From assembly GCA_050273025.1 (NCBI GenBank), contig CP158635.1, positions 4,464,001 to 4,528,000 on the forward strand: a DNA stretch of 64,000 nt, written 5' to 3'. The notes beneath the pieces were generated by a model. The model saw only the letters and a program-made list of their open reading frames with translations, made no database searches and was not told the DNA's origin. The stretch comes from Cenococcum geophilum (taxonomy: Eukaryota). Each line of letters begins with the position of its first letter. The stretch's first letter is position 1. The position numbers and the translations under genes are program-made. Positions 53,501-64,000 of the stretch are shown here, one piece after another.

Positions 53501-56500
53501 GTAATAAGGTCTTTTAATTTAGGGTTTATCCTAATTTAGTAAAAAGCCTGGCGGATATTAAGCTTTGTAAAAATCTTAGCTCTACTTATTTAGGCTAAAG
53601 TCTTATTAAGTAAAGGTAGTGGGTAGCGGTCTTTAAGGGTTAAATTATTAAGCTTACGGTAGTTAATACAGAAATAAAGTCCCCTATTTAGCTTTTTAGT
53701 AAAGAGAATAGATAAGTTAAAAGGGGCTTAACTAGGCTTAATAAAGCCCTTATCTAGGTTATTAATAAGATACTACTTTATAGCCTATAATTTGGCAGTA
53801 AATTACTATCGGAGGGGGCTATAGCTAAGGGTAACTACCTTATCCGGCTTAATTTTAATCTTATAGTTATATAGTTAGTGAGGCGGGAGTATATTAGACG
53901 CTGCTTTAGAGAAGGTGTTTTTAAATTTCTGGTATTAACGGGGCAGTTTCTATTCTACTAGCTTCTTATCTATAAGCTCGCCTTTCTCTTAGGCTAGGGC
54001 TTCTTTCTCTTTAATTATTTAATTAATTTCGTATAAGCTAGTTATAAAGGCAACGGTATTAGGCTAAACTAGGTTTTAGTAGAATCCTATAGCGCTAATA
54101 TAGCAGATATCGACTAGTAGGAGGTTTATAGGTTTCTTTACAAATGTTTATTGGGCCGTATTTTGCAGTATAGGGTTTATAGTCTTCCTTAGCTCGCGTT
54201 CTATTTTCTATAAGTTGTCCTTCCGGTTTATTAGTTTGGTATATTGTCTAATATCCCTAGCCTTTCTTTATAGCTGCGTAGGGCCTAAGTTCTCTATTAG
54301 GGACTTAGCTAGGCCACTACTAACTTCCTAAGTCTCTAGTGTGGGTGGTGTAATATAGATAGTCTAGGGGCGGCGTAGTATACAGATCCGTTACGGATTA
54401 AGCTATATATCCTTCTTAAAAGCCTAGTCCCTACGCGTCGCATCAGCCTAGTAAACGGTGTTTATCTACGGCTATATAAGGTTTTCCATTATAATACTAA
54501 TCTCTTTTATAAAGGAAGGTGTTAGGGGCATAGTTTCGGGCTAAATAAGCTACCTATTCCGTATGTTAAGCTATAAGCCTAAATAGGCTAGCTATTTTCT
54601 CCTTAAGATTATATTATAGCTTCTAAGGTCCGTAATAAGGAAGGGGATATTATACTACCTTCGTCCGTTAACGCGGAGGTAGATCTATAAGATAGTTATA
54701 ATAGGTAGTTCTATCCGTCCGTTATAACCGCGAATAGGGACTAGTTTAGGCAGTTCTTTAAGGGGTATATTTAAAAAGTTAGCCAGTTTTACAGCGCACT
54801 TTATATTAATTAAGGTAAAGGTATTTACTTCTAAGTTAGCTAAAGCAGAGGTTAAAATTTAATATCTATTGCGAAATAAAGTATAAGGGATAGTATAGCT
54901 TCTTCTACTAACTAGCCGATCTAGATTAATATATAATATATTAATCCCTTTTAACCCTAAAGAGGAGTCTTCCTCTAAGGTTCCTCTTTTTCCGGCTCTA
55001 TACTATCCTCCTAAATTAATAAGACCTTATTTATCTTTACCTTTATTAGGTAGTTCCTTATAGAGTAGCCTATTTAATCGTACAAGAAGCAAGCTTTTTA
55101 ATCACTAAGGGCCTATATATGGGGGTCGCTATATATAGGCCGGATGTACACTAGGCCTGCAGTAGGGGTAGCTGCGCGGCTAGCTGCTAGGTTAACTATA
55201 GGAGTTACTAATTATATCGGGGCACTATAGGCCGTACTTATAGTACTTATAGCCTAGTTTGCAAGGTTTCTAGTTTTTAGCCAGTTAGTACGTGCCTTAA
55301 TTTAATAAAGGCCTTAGTTAATAGCTAGGCAATAGTCCGTAAGTTCCTTTAACGTCTATACCGTAATATAAGCTAGTAATACGGCCCGCTATAGGTTTAG
55401 GGTAAGCTTATTAAAGAGGTCTAGTAGTAGGTCTTCCTAGGGGATCTAGGCCTATCCTACTAGGTATAGAAAGCGGGTTTAAAAGGCTAAAAAGGTCTCC
55501 GTTATTTTTATTTTTAGGCTTTTATAGCTAAGGCGGGCGTTCTATACTTTAAAAGGGTCTTTATAAATAGAAGATAAGTATTTAATTATTTCTTCTTTAA
55601 AGATAAAGGGGTCTACTAAGTCTTTAGTATATTACGGGCGTAAATACATTTAGGCGTCTCCGCCAGTACGGCCGAAAACGTAGGCTATTCTGGCTTAGGC
55701 GTTAGGGAAGTAGTCTATATTAACTTTAAGCTTATTCTATAATTAAAGCTTTTAATTATTAAATATAGGGTTAGTTCTGTCTGTAAGTAACGGGGGATCC
55801 ACAACCTTTACTAACCGCTTTAGTGCTGTATAGGCCTTAATAGATCCACTAAGGCGCTAGAATAGGGCCTAAAGGACTATAGTAAGTCTTTGGTTATTTA
55901 ATAATGACTTATTATTAGATATAGGGGTATCTCTGGCTTTAAGCAGCTCTTATAGTTGTTTAATTTCGGCATTAGCAGCCGTAAGCTCCGCCTAAGGGGT
56001 TAAAACATTAATTGTTTCTTTGTCTGAAGTATTTAAGGGTCCTATAGCTGCTTTACCTACTACTATAGTTTATGGCATAGTAGTAGGGGTATTAGGTAAT
56101 TCCGGGTAATTTCTTTAGAGGTTCTAGTCTGTGTATATTTTATAGGTTCTTTCCTTAGGGTTCTATTCTTTTTTTTTAGGTCCTATCCTTATGGTCCTAG
56201 TAATGTTCTTAGGATCCTATTCTATGTTCTTATAGATATATTTAAGTTCCTTCTTAGGAAGAAAGAGTAGAGTGAGCTTTAGATAATATTAGCGACTTAG
56301 TTAATTAAGACATAAGCACGGCAAAAGGGTCGCGCAAGCCTATACGATTGGATTGTCTATAAACGAGAATCTAAAGCTAGGGAAAGGAAAGGAGAAGAAG
56401 AGCAGCGCCGTTCGGTATTTTATAAGATCTTCGAGTCACGTGATCGCAATATGCGGCAATCTGTGGCAATCTATGGCAACTTGCCGGTACGAAGTTCTGC

Positions 56501-56513
56501 TAGTGCTGTAACA
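50529..56513 (-). mobile_element. Ty3 chromovirus D (6.0 kb), inserted in gag of A and related to A in gag/pol
   Basis: 227-bp LTRs at 50529-50755 and 56287-56513. Perfect TSD TTAGG. The PPT and adjacent AAGCCTGCCCTTAGGC are shared with A. RT, RNase H, integrase and chromodomain relics. Confidence 0.93.
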
Positions 56514-57088
56514 TTAGGGGTTAAGGAGCTTAACGGACTTTAATTACTTCGTTATTGTTTCTATACTCCTTAGTATATTATCCTTAGTTAAGTGGATAGG
56601 TTAATTAGGACTTTTAGAAGGGGGAGCTAAGCTGCTTTAAAGAGCTATAAGGCTGTTTAGGATCTCTTATAGGGTCTCCTATATACTTTAAGCTTAGAGA
56701 CGGTCGGCTTCTTAATTGGCCGTTAGGGCACGAATCTGCTTATATACGTCTATAATATTATTATTATCTTTAATTTTGGATCCCAATTAAATCTCGTGTT
56801 TTTCTTAGGTTGGGGCAGCTCTTTTAGATAAGCTCGCTTTAGGTGCCATTATTAGCTTTCTAGGGTTTATCGGAATCGTATAATTTGGTTTTAATTCTAG
56901 GGGGTATAGGTCTAGTCCTATCTAGCTCGTAAAGTGGGGTATTATTAAGGCCTTTACAGGTAGTATAGAGTTGTTTTAATGTCTAAGTATAGCGTGTTAA
57001 CGCGTCGTTACAGACGAAGATCTTCTCTTTTTTAGGGGTGGGATATTATTAAGGCCTTCCCAGGCAGTATAAGGAGAGCTTAGTATAA

Positions 57089-57320
57089 TATGACGGCTTA
57101 TATAAATGCCTCTAAACCAAAGCTTGTGGATTGCTATCTAGTAAAGATACTAAGCTAAGGAGAAGAAGAAGAAGGAGAATCGTTTAGGGGTAGTAGGTAG
57201 ACATGTCACGAGGGCCGCTAAGGCGCTAGTGGTAAGCGAGCCAATAGCGATTTTCCATGCCGGGCATGGAAAATCCTAATTGGTTGAATGTGGCAGGTAA
57301 CGCGCACTAGCACCGTCACA
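57089..57320 (-). repeat. 5' LTR of element A
   Basis: Direct repeat of 26520-26751. Ends CCGTCACA, then TSD GGAAG. Confidence 0.93.
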
Positions 57321-57325
57321 GGAAG

Positions 57326-58926
57326 TCGCCGCAGCTTAACGTATTCTAATTATATATGGCCCTATAGAGATAAACGGGTACACCTTTTATAAAGGCTTTA
57401 ATAAATTAAAGCTTTCCTATAAAGCTTACCTAGGCTTATAGGGTCTAATCTATTTGGTAACTTACGTAATAAAAGGAGCAATTTTCTAGCTAAAATATAT
57501 AACAAGCTTATTAGGCGGACTCTCTCTGGGTAAGCTAATAGATATATACTATACCCGCGAGGCTACTAAGCGCTATAATAAGGTATATGCCTTATTTAGC
57601 ATAAGCTTTAATAATCCTAACGTAGCTGGTTTATCGCCTAACTACAAGGTCCTATAGAAGAAACTTTTATAGTAACTTATTAAATTCCTTCTTTATAAAG
57701 AGGCCTATATAGAAACTTAGGACGAAAAGGAGATCGCAGTGATTAAAAGTAAGGGTTGTATTCTTGGCCAGGTGTCCTTAGTAGAAAGTAATAGTGCTTA
57801 GTATAATAGATAGTAAGTGGCTATTACTCTTAAGAATAAACCTAGGTTATTAGAGTATAAGAAAAAATAGGGCGCTTAATAGGTTCTCCAAGCCTTAGTA
57901 AAATCTATTTAGTAGGGCGACCTTATCTGCCTTCTATAAGGGGCTTTAAAGCCGACTATTATTAGAATATATAATAATAATTTTACTATTATCAAGATTG
58001 CAGTTACTCTTTAGTAGGGCGCATAAACGGAGAGTGGATATATTAAGCGTTAAGGACTCTTACCTTTAATAAAAGGCTTCCTATATAACTTTCTACTAGT
58101 ATAGAATTAGGAAGACTTAGTAGGAAATTTATAAGATTGATTAGGATACGAAACTCTAATAGAGGTAAATACTCTAGTACTAGGGTATTTAATAATAAAT
58201 TTAAACAAAGCTGCTAGATTATATAACGTGGCATAATCTTAGGAGATTTAAAAGAGTATAAAGAGGTAAGAGAGAGGCTTTAAGAAGTAGCAGAGAACTA
58301 TAAGGGGACGCTTATAAAAGAGTATCTATATAAACTGGCAGATATAGAAAACCTTATATTAATACTTAAGAAAGATACGTAATAGAAGAAGGTTAAAAAA
58401 AAATTTTTATAAGTAATAGAGATAAGAAAGCAGGTGTATGGGATAGACTATTTACATACTCTAAATAGTATAGCTAACTTAGCGTTAACCTATATAGATT
58501 AAAGGGACCTAAGTATAGTAAAGCTAGAGATAATAAAAGATCTAGTATATTAAATAAGAGATAATATCCAGATTTTAGAAAAAGAGGTAGTCTAGGTTAT
58601 AAGGTTATTTAGTAAAAAAAAACTAATACTTTTACTAGACCTAAGAAGGGATAGCGTCTTAATTATAAAAGGGGTAGTTATGGTAATAGTAGGGAATAGG
58701 GTAAATAGCTAAGAAATAATAACACTTCTACTTAATTAAAGAAGGGGCGACATCCTAATTACTAAAGGGGTAGTTATAGCAGCGGTAAGGAATAGGGTAA
58801 GTGGCTAAGAAATAATAACACTTCTATTTAATTAAAAAGGAGGCGACGTCCTAATTACTAAAGGGGTAGTTATAGTAGTAGTAGGGAATATAGGAAGTAG
58901 CTAAGGAATAATAACACTTCTACTTA
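57326..58926 (+). pseudogene. HET-domain gene, 3' part with a TPR-like segment and 32-aa repeats, RIP-mutated and 3'-truncated
   Basis: Resumes EVAAA*RILIIYG after the TSD. Contains REATKRYNKVYALF, TPR-like HTLNSIANLALTY (about 58455-58495), and ITKGVVIAAVRN-type repeats. Confidence 0.85.
58653..58926 (+). repeat. About three tandem 96-bp coding repeats (DVLITEGVVIAAAGN..G.EIMTLLL-like when de-RIPed)
   Basis: Unit starts at 58749 and 58845 are 96 bp apart and highly similar. Confidence 0.8.
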
Positions 58927-59033
58927 CGAGGCTATTGCCATACTCTTTACCATATCGTCCTCTTCCATCGACTCTCCTGTGACTCATGCTCGGCTTGCCT
59001 GCTCTCTACCGTACACCTGGGCAATATGCCTTA

Positions 59034-59136
59034 CAGTACGTTATCCAACAGTCAACGGACAGCGAGCGATCCAATTGACGCAGTCAGTCAGCTATAAGGG
59101 CCAAGCTCGCAGCTAGGCTGATTGTTGGACACACTG
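59034..59136 (+). mobile_element. Orphan right terminus of the same hAT family as 1158-3010
   Basis: Aligns to 2124-2159 plus 2950-3010 without the nested insertion. Ends GTTGGACACACTG. Confidence 0.8.
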
Positions 59137-59699
59137 AATCCAAGCACTCTCAATGGCATCTGCCGCTCCCTCCGCCACGCCTCCACCATACTAGTTCTAC
59201 GTCATCACGGCTGACGGGTTCAGCATCGCAGCCGTAGACCCGAATGGGGAGCCAGGGCGACGCCAGGAAACTTCCGTTTGCCGCAGTGCCGAATGCACCA
59301 GAACAGACAGCTACGGCAATAGGCGACGAAGACATAGGCGGCCCAGTCCAGATGATTGTTGATAGCGGCACGACATTCATCTACTTGCCTAATAGCGTTG
59401 CCGTCATTGTAAATTCTCTCTTCGACCCCCCGGCCACATTCGATGCCGGTACTGGGCTGTATGTGGTAAACTGCAGCGTGGTGGCACCGAAATTTGGTGT
59501 CTATATTGGCGGCCAGTTGTTCTATATCAACCCGCTGGATATGATGCTGGAAAAAGGACTGGCTGGTATTTGCTTGAGTGCCGTACAGAAGGCGGGTGGG
59601 AGGCTGGCGGTGTTGGGGGAGGTGTTTTTGAAGAATGTACTCGCTGCGTTCGATGTTGGGGCTGGTCAGATGAGATTTGCCGCTAGAGAGGACTATTAG
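59137..59699 (+). pseudogene. Pepsin-like aspartic protease, C-terminal lobe only
   Basis: IVDSGTTFIYLP (second catalytic Asp), YVVNCS and LGEVFLKNVLAAFDVGAGQMRFA. The upstream Y*FYVITADGF is in another frame and has TAG at 59192-59194. The 5' half is absent and replaced by a hAT end. Confidence 0.82.
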
Positions 59700-60002
59700 G
59701 TTGGAGGACGCATCGGCGTAATGTGAGGAGTTTTTTCCTATGCTCATGACTGTGGCAGGCTACGTTCTGTGTTTGGTTGATGTATCGTAACGCGGCGATC
59801 TGAACGTAAAAGATTGAAATTTAACAAGCTTGGCATCCCGTGAAGGTCTATCGACCACTATCAGAACTTTCCAAAATCGTGCTAGATAGGCTCAATCTCA
59901 CCTGGACTACAACCCCATAAATGTAGTATACACATTTTCGTTCCCGTCCTAACGCCACGCTCATAATGCATGAAGAAAGGACCAAGTCCTAGAAATATCT
60001 TC

Positions 60003-60983
60003 CTACCACCGCCCGCCGTAACCCCCCCTCCCTCTATAGCCTCCACGTCCTCCAAATCCGCCTCCGCCTCTGAAACCCCTGCCATAACCGCCCCTGTCAC
60101 CGTAGCCGCCGTCGTATTCGCCCCTAGGCGCATCTGCAGCATGCTCTCGCTGTGGTGGCGCGCGGCCCTTTAATTCCTTCTGTAACTGTTCATATGTCTT
60201 CCGCATCTGAGCGTACCCCAAATGCATCTTTCCATAGAAGTGGTCCGCCAATCGCCTATCATTGTCTAGCCTACTGAGATAAGCGCCACAAACGTCGCAC
60301 ACCTGGAGTTTTTGATGGCCAGAGGGGCCAGAAGTATCTGAAAGTGCCTTGAGTTCGCGCTCGCGGTCCTCTTTCGTCTGCTTGGCTTGCTTCACTTTGA
60401 AAAATTCGGTAACCGCCATGTTGACGGAGCCTTCCTCGCCGAGGATGGAGACTTCGAGTAAGCCATTAGATATAGTTTTGGAGAGATCGCCAATTTGCTT
60501 AAGCTATTGTATTCCAGGTTGTTAGCGCTGTAAGAGGCCTCTGAGGAAGGAGGGGACCTACCAAAAGATTTGTTTGGCGAATCTCATCTGGCGTTTTCTC
60601 TAGCCTACGCTGCGCGCCATCAATGCGCCTGTTGCATTCGTCCACGTATTTCTGCATATCTCTCAGGTAATCGAACTCAAAAGCCCATTTGCGCTTCTGC
60701 TCGGCATCCGCGGCCTCATACTCCGCTTTGAGACCTTCATTGTGCACTTTGGGACAGGGTCCAAAGTCTTGTTTCGTGTTAGTGAAGAGGTCGTGGGGAC
60801 AGGTGCCAATTAGGTAGGAGCGGCAGACTTTGGGGTCTGTGATGGCAAGTTGTGGTGCGCGTGTTCCTTGGGCAGACATGAGCTGCTCGCCCATGAGCTG
60901 CTCTGGGGTGCGTATTAGTAAAGTTTTTTCAGCATGAATGGGGATAGAGGCATACCAAGAAGCTTGCGCTGTTCCGCCGCCAT
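60003..60983 (-). CDS. LUC7: U1 snRNP-associated splicing factor Luc7 (3 exons)
   Basis: MAAEQRKLL/EQLMG. Zinc finger 1 VCRSYLIGTCPHDLFTNTKQDFGPCPKVH; zinc finger 2 QKLQVCDVCGAYLSRLDNDRRLADHFYGKMHLGY; RGG-rich tail. Confidence 0.96.
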
Positions 60984-61201
60984 AATTGTGCAATTTCTGG
61001 AGGCTTGTGAAGGGTGATAGTTTACAGAAGATTTAGCAGAAGTTCGTTGGAAGTGCCTCGAAGGTGGAGCTTTCAAGATGTCTTGGCAGTGTGTCTGCAA
61101 CGTCGATCGCCACCATGTACTGTAGGTGCCCTCTGCAATTATTCGCCATAATTAGTTCTTGAATGTTACCTTTACCTCATAGCTCTGGCTGAAAAGCCGC
61201 G

Positions 61202-63143
61202 ATGCTCTCCTCTCTTATTTTCCTTCTTTCCCTTATTTTCGTAACCTGTGCGCAGGCCGATTCTGATTACCACGAGCGTCTCCTTCTCCGTCCTCTTCCA
61301 CAGTCCGCTCTCCTAGCTTCCTTCAACTTCCGTAGTAACGAGTCCTCCGCCTCATTTGAGCACCGAAATTTCAGATACTTTCCCCGCTCGCTGGGCCAGA
61401 CATTACAACATGCCCACACGAAGGAATTGCACTTGCGTTTCAGTTTAGGGAGGTGGGATGCGGAAAGTTGGGGCGCGAGACCGTGGGATGGGGCAAGGGA
61501 AGGTGGTACAGGTGTGGAGTTATGGGCTTGGGTAGATGCGAGCAGCGATGGAGAGTAGGGCTTTCGCAGCTCATAGCAGTATGGCTTTAGCTAACTGGGA
61601 ATCAGGGCGTTCGCGAGATGGTTAACCCTTACGAATGCACTTTCTGGCTTGTTCTGCGCATCATTGAACTTCATCGATTCTACGAAGACTATACGGCCTG
61701 TCATGTCATTCCAGCCTGAAGGACACCATACCAATTCCTCATTACCGAACCTGCATCTGCTCCACGGCACCCTTCCGCACGAGGTAGTGTGCACCGAGAA
61801 TTTGACACCTTTCTTAAAGTTACTCCCTTGCAAAGGAAAGGCAGGAATATCGAGTTTGCTCGATGGACACAAGCTATTCGATGCGTCATGGCAGACTATG
61901 TCTATTGATGTAAGGCCTGTCTGCAGCGATGATGGCTCTGGATGCGTCCTTGAGATGGAACAGACTGTTGATATGGTTCTCGATATCGAGAGATCAAAAC
62001 GACCTCGAGGTAAGGATCTTTGACCAAGTTTATTCATAGTCATTTGCTAAATTATCACAGATAACCCAATACCCCGCCCTGTTCCAATCGAGGAGCTTCC
62101 TTGCGATACATCGAAACCATACAACTCCGAAGATACATGCTACCCTCTGGACAAAGCCGCGGAGCCATCGTGGAGTCTTACTGAAGTTTTCGGAAGACCC
62201 CTCAAGGGCGCCTGCCCTTTGACTGGTGGGAGCGGCGACGGGTCCGAAACTGTGTGTATTAATGTTCCAATGGAACGCGAGGTGCAGGTGAGCACCTCCA
62301 GCACCTATGTCGAAGTTAGGCATGAGGACGGGTTGCTGAGATGTTACAAGCTTCCAAGTAAGTGTATAATGCTTTAAGTTATTGTTAGGGGAGAGACATT
62401 CTAACCTTCCGCTAGCTGGAACGGACTTCGACCTTATCCTACCCGAACAAATCCCGACAACTAACCTTGCACTTGAACAACCACCGCTTTATGCGGCGCG
62501 CTCCATCAATGGACACGGCCAAGAACGTGGCAGCGTGCAGGCTGTAATTACAAATCCCTCTACAACCTCAGCAGTCCAGCTCGTGTACCTCGAATCTTTG
62601 CCCTGGTTCATGAAACCATATCTTCATACGCTTCGGGCATCTATCTCCGGCTCCTCCTCTTCCAACCCAATCGAGGAAACTTACTACCGCCCTGCTGTTG
62701 ACCGCCATCGCGGCACGCATCTTGAACTGCTCCTGTCCATACCGTCCGCCTCCACCCTCACTTTAACTTATGACTTCGAAAAAGCAATCCTCAGATACAC
62801 AGAATATCCACCCGACGCCAATCGTGGCTTCGATGTCGCTCCCGCAGTCATTCGTCTTTTACCTTCGGATTCCAACTCCAACAATCAACGTGTATATCTG
62901 CGTACCACATCATTGCTCCTTCCACTTCCAACACCTGACTTCAGTATGCCATACAACGTGATTATCCTCACGAGTACCGTCATGGCACTGGGATTCGGCC
63001 ACATCTTCAACTTATTAGTCAGGCGGTTTGTTGGCGCAGATGAAGTGGGAAACTGGAAAGCGGGTGGGCTGAGAGGCATGCTCCAGGGTCGAATCGAGCG
63101 GCTCCGCGCGCGATTCTTGGGGAAAGGGAAGAAGGATGAGTAG
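61202..63143 (+). CDS. GPI16: GPI transamidase subunit Gpi16/PIG-T (4 exons)
   Basis: Signal peptide; GGTGVELWAW; LSGLFCASLNFID; EVVCTENLTPFLKLLPCKGKAGI; YPPDANRGF; LPTPDFSMPYNVII; C-terminal TM segment and KKxx-like tail. Confidence 0.96.
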
Positions 63144-63253
63144 ACTCATAATATACCAATTAGATCACATATCCACCCACCGCGTCTACCCGTGCAAGCT
63201 AGATCATACAACAGGTTGAATAGTACGTGGTTCTACCCAATCTTCATAAACTG

Positions 63254-64000
63254 CTATTTCGCAGGTGCAAAAAACTCTTCAACAGCTGCTGTCTTCTCTG
63301 TCATCCCTTGCTTGAATAGGAACTCCACCAGCGCTTCTAAGGTCTTCCTGTTCGGCTAACTCCATATGGCCACGGATCTCCGCTAAAGACTTCTTCGATC
63401 TCATCAAATTCATTCGCAAGCCATTGCAACATGAATTGCAAAGCTCCGAGAAACAGCATTCGCTTATATGCAATTTCCTGGCTCTCATTCAAGGCATTGA
63501 AGAGACTCGTCGCAGCGAACCGATGTTTTTCGTAATACTCCCTGCGTAGCACAACAAGATGCATGATAGGGAAAATGCCAAATCGCACCAACATTGCTTC
63601 TCGACCTCCTTAAAATCAGGAAACAGGCGCTTCACATGCGGCGCCTATAGTGGCGTCGATCTCGCCGTCCTCGAGCAGCTGGCTCAGCGACTTGCCGCTC
63701 GAGTTCCGAGCGAGCGAGACCGGTTTCGGCATGGGCAAGGCGCTGGGCTGGCTGTAGGCCTGCGGCGTCTCCATCGCGCCTTTGACCCACTGCACGCGCG
63801 ACAGGTCGACGCCTTGCTGCTCCAGCAGCCCGCAGATTCACACCGCGGCCGTCACGGTGTAGAGCTGCACGCCGATCTTTTTGCCGGCTAGGTCTGCGGG
63901 CTTATGCACCATGCGGTCGTTCACGGCGATGAAGCCGTGGCGGAAGGTCCGCGAGGGGAGGGCAGGGATCGCGATGAAGGTGCGGTCGCCGGCGGCGTGG
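63254..64000 (-). pseudogene. 4,5-dihydroxyphthalate decarboxylase-like (PhtD / periplasmic-binding-protein-fold family) pseudogene, 5' end outside the window
   Basis: FIAIPALPSRTFRHGFI, DLAGKKIGV.LYTVTAAV*ICGLL, GEIDA, IFPIMHLVVLRRE and DPWPYGV[fs]PNRKTLEAL. TGA at 63838-63840 where Trp is expected, frameshifts near 63640 and 63358, and no introns. Confidence 0.8.

Larger units (their letters stand above)
26520..57320 (-). mobile_element. Ty3 chromovirus A (about 5.96 kb of its own sequence) hosting elements B, C and D
   Basis: 232-bp LTRs at 26520-26751 and 57089-57320. Perfect TSD GGAAG (26515-26519, 57321-57325). PPT next to 26751. Its gag/pol segments lie at 56519-57088, 46598-50528, 38793-39675 and 26752-26862. 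Confidence 0.93.

Noticed and set aside
7226..58926. Short ORF-track calls inside AT-rich regions (e.g. 7818-8063, 12794-12982, 14720-14926, 26865-27077, 35332-35517, 38597-38788)
   Set aside because: They are chance frames or fragments within RIP-mutated TEs and LTRs, not independent genes.
63838..63840. TGA at a conserved Trp position as recoding or an alternative genetic code
   Set aside because: Other Trp codons in the gene are TGG and there are independent frameshifts, so pseudogenisation is the simpler explanation.
1..64000. A Starship-type giant element or secondary-metabolite gene cluster
   Set aside because: I saw no DUF3435 tyrosine recombinase, PKS or NRPS sequence. The large insertions are fully explained by hAT, Ty3 and LINE boundaries.

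Overview
Filamentous ascomycete genomic DNA: GT-AG introns with CTRAY-type branch points, and strong RIP-type C>T/G>A decay of all repeats. A Dothideomycete-like host is my inference only. Intact single-copy genes are the 5' part of a hydroxyacid-oxoacid transhydrogenase, an ABCG half-transporter, an NRT2 nitrate transporter with NirA/NIT4 and GATA sites, LUC7 and GPI16. They are interleaved with two large transposon nests whose boundaries can be read exactly from terminal repeats and target-site duplications (TSDs). Nest 1 (7077-19133) is a hAT transposon carrying a Ty3 chromovirus (E), inserted in a Moco-sulfurase-like gene. Nest 2 (26520-57320) is a Ty3 element (A) carrying three other Ty3 elements (B, C, D) and a Tad-like LINE, inserted in a RIP-destroyed HET-domain gene. 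Smaller hAT, Mutator and copia relics are present, along with two more pseudogenes (aspartic protease; PhtD-like decarboxylase). The most unusual signals are (i) near-identical 48-49-bp palindromic cis-modules shared between Ty3 families with unrelated LTRs, (ii) an antisense, intron-containing Zn2Cys6-like gene inside element E, and (iii) self-priming PBS/LTR complementarity in four Ty3 families. Internal coordinates of RIP-degraded coding relics are approximate.
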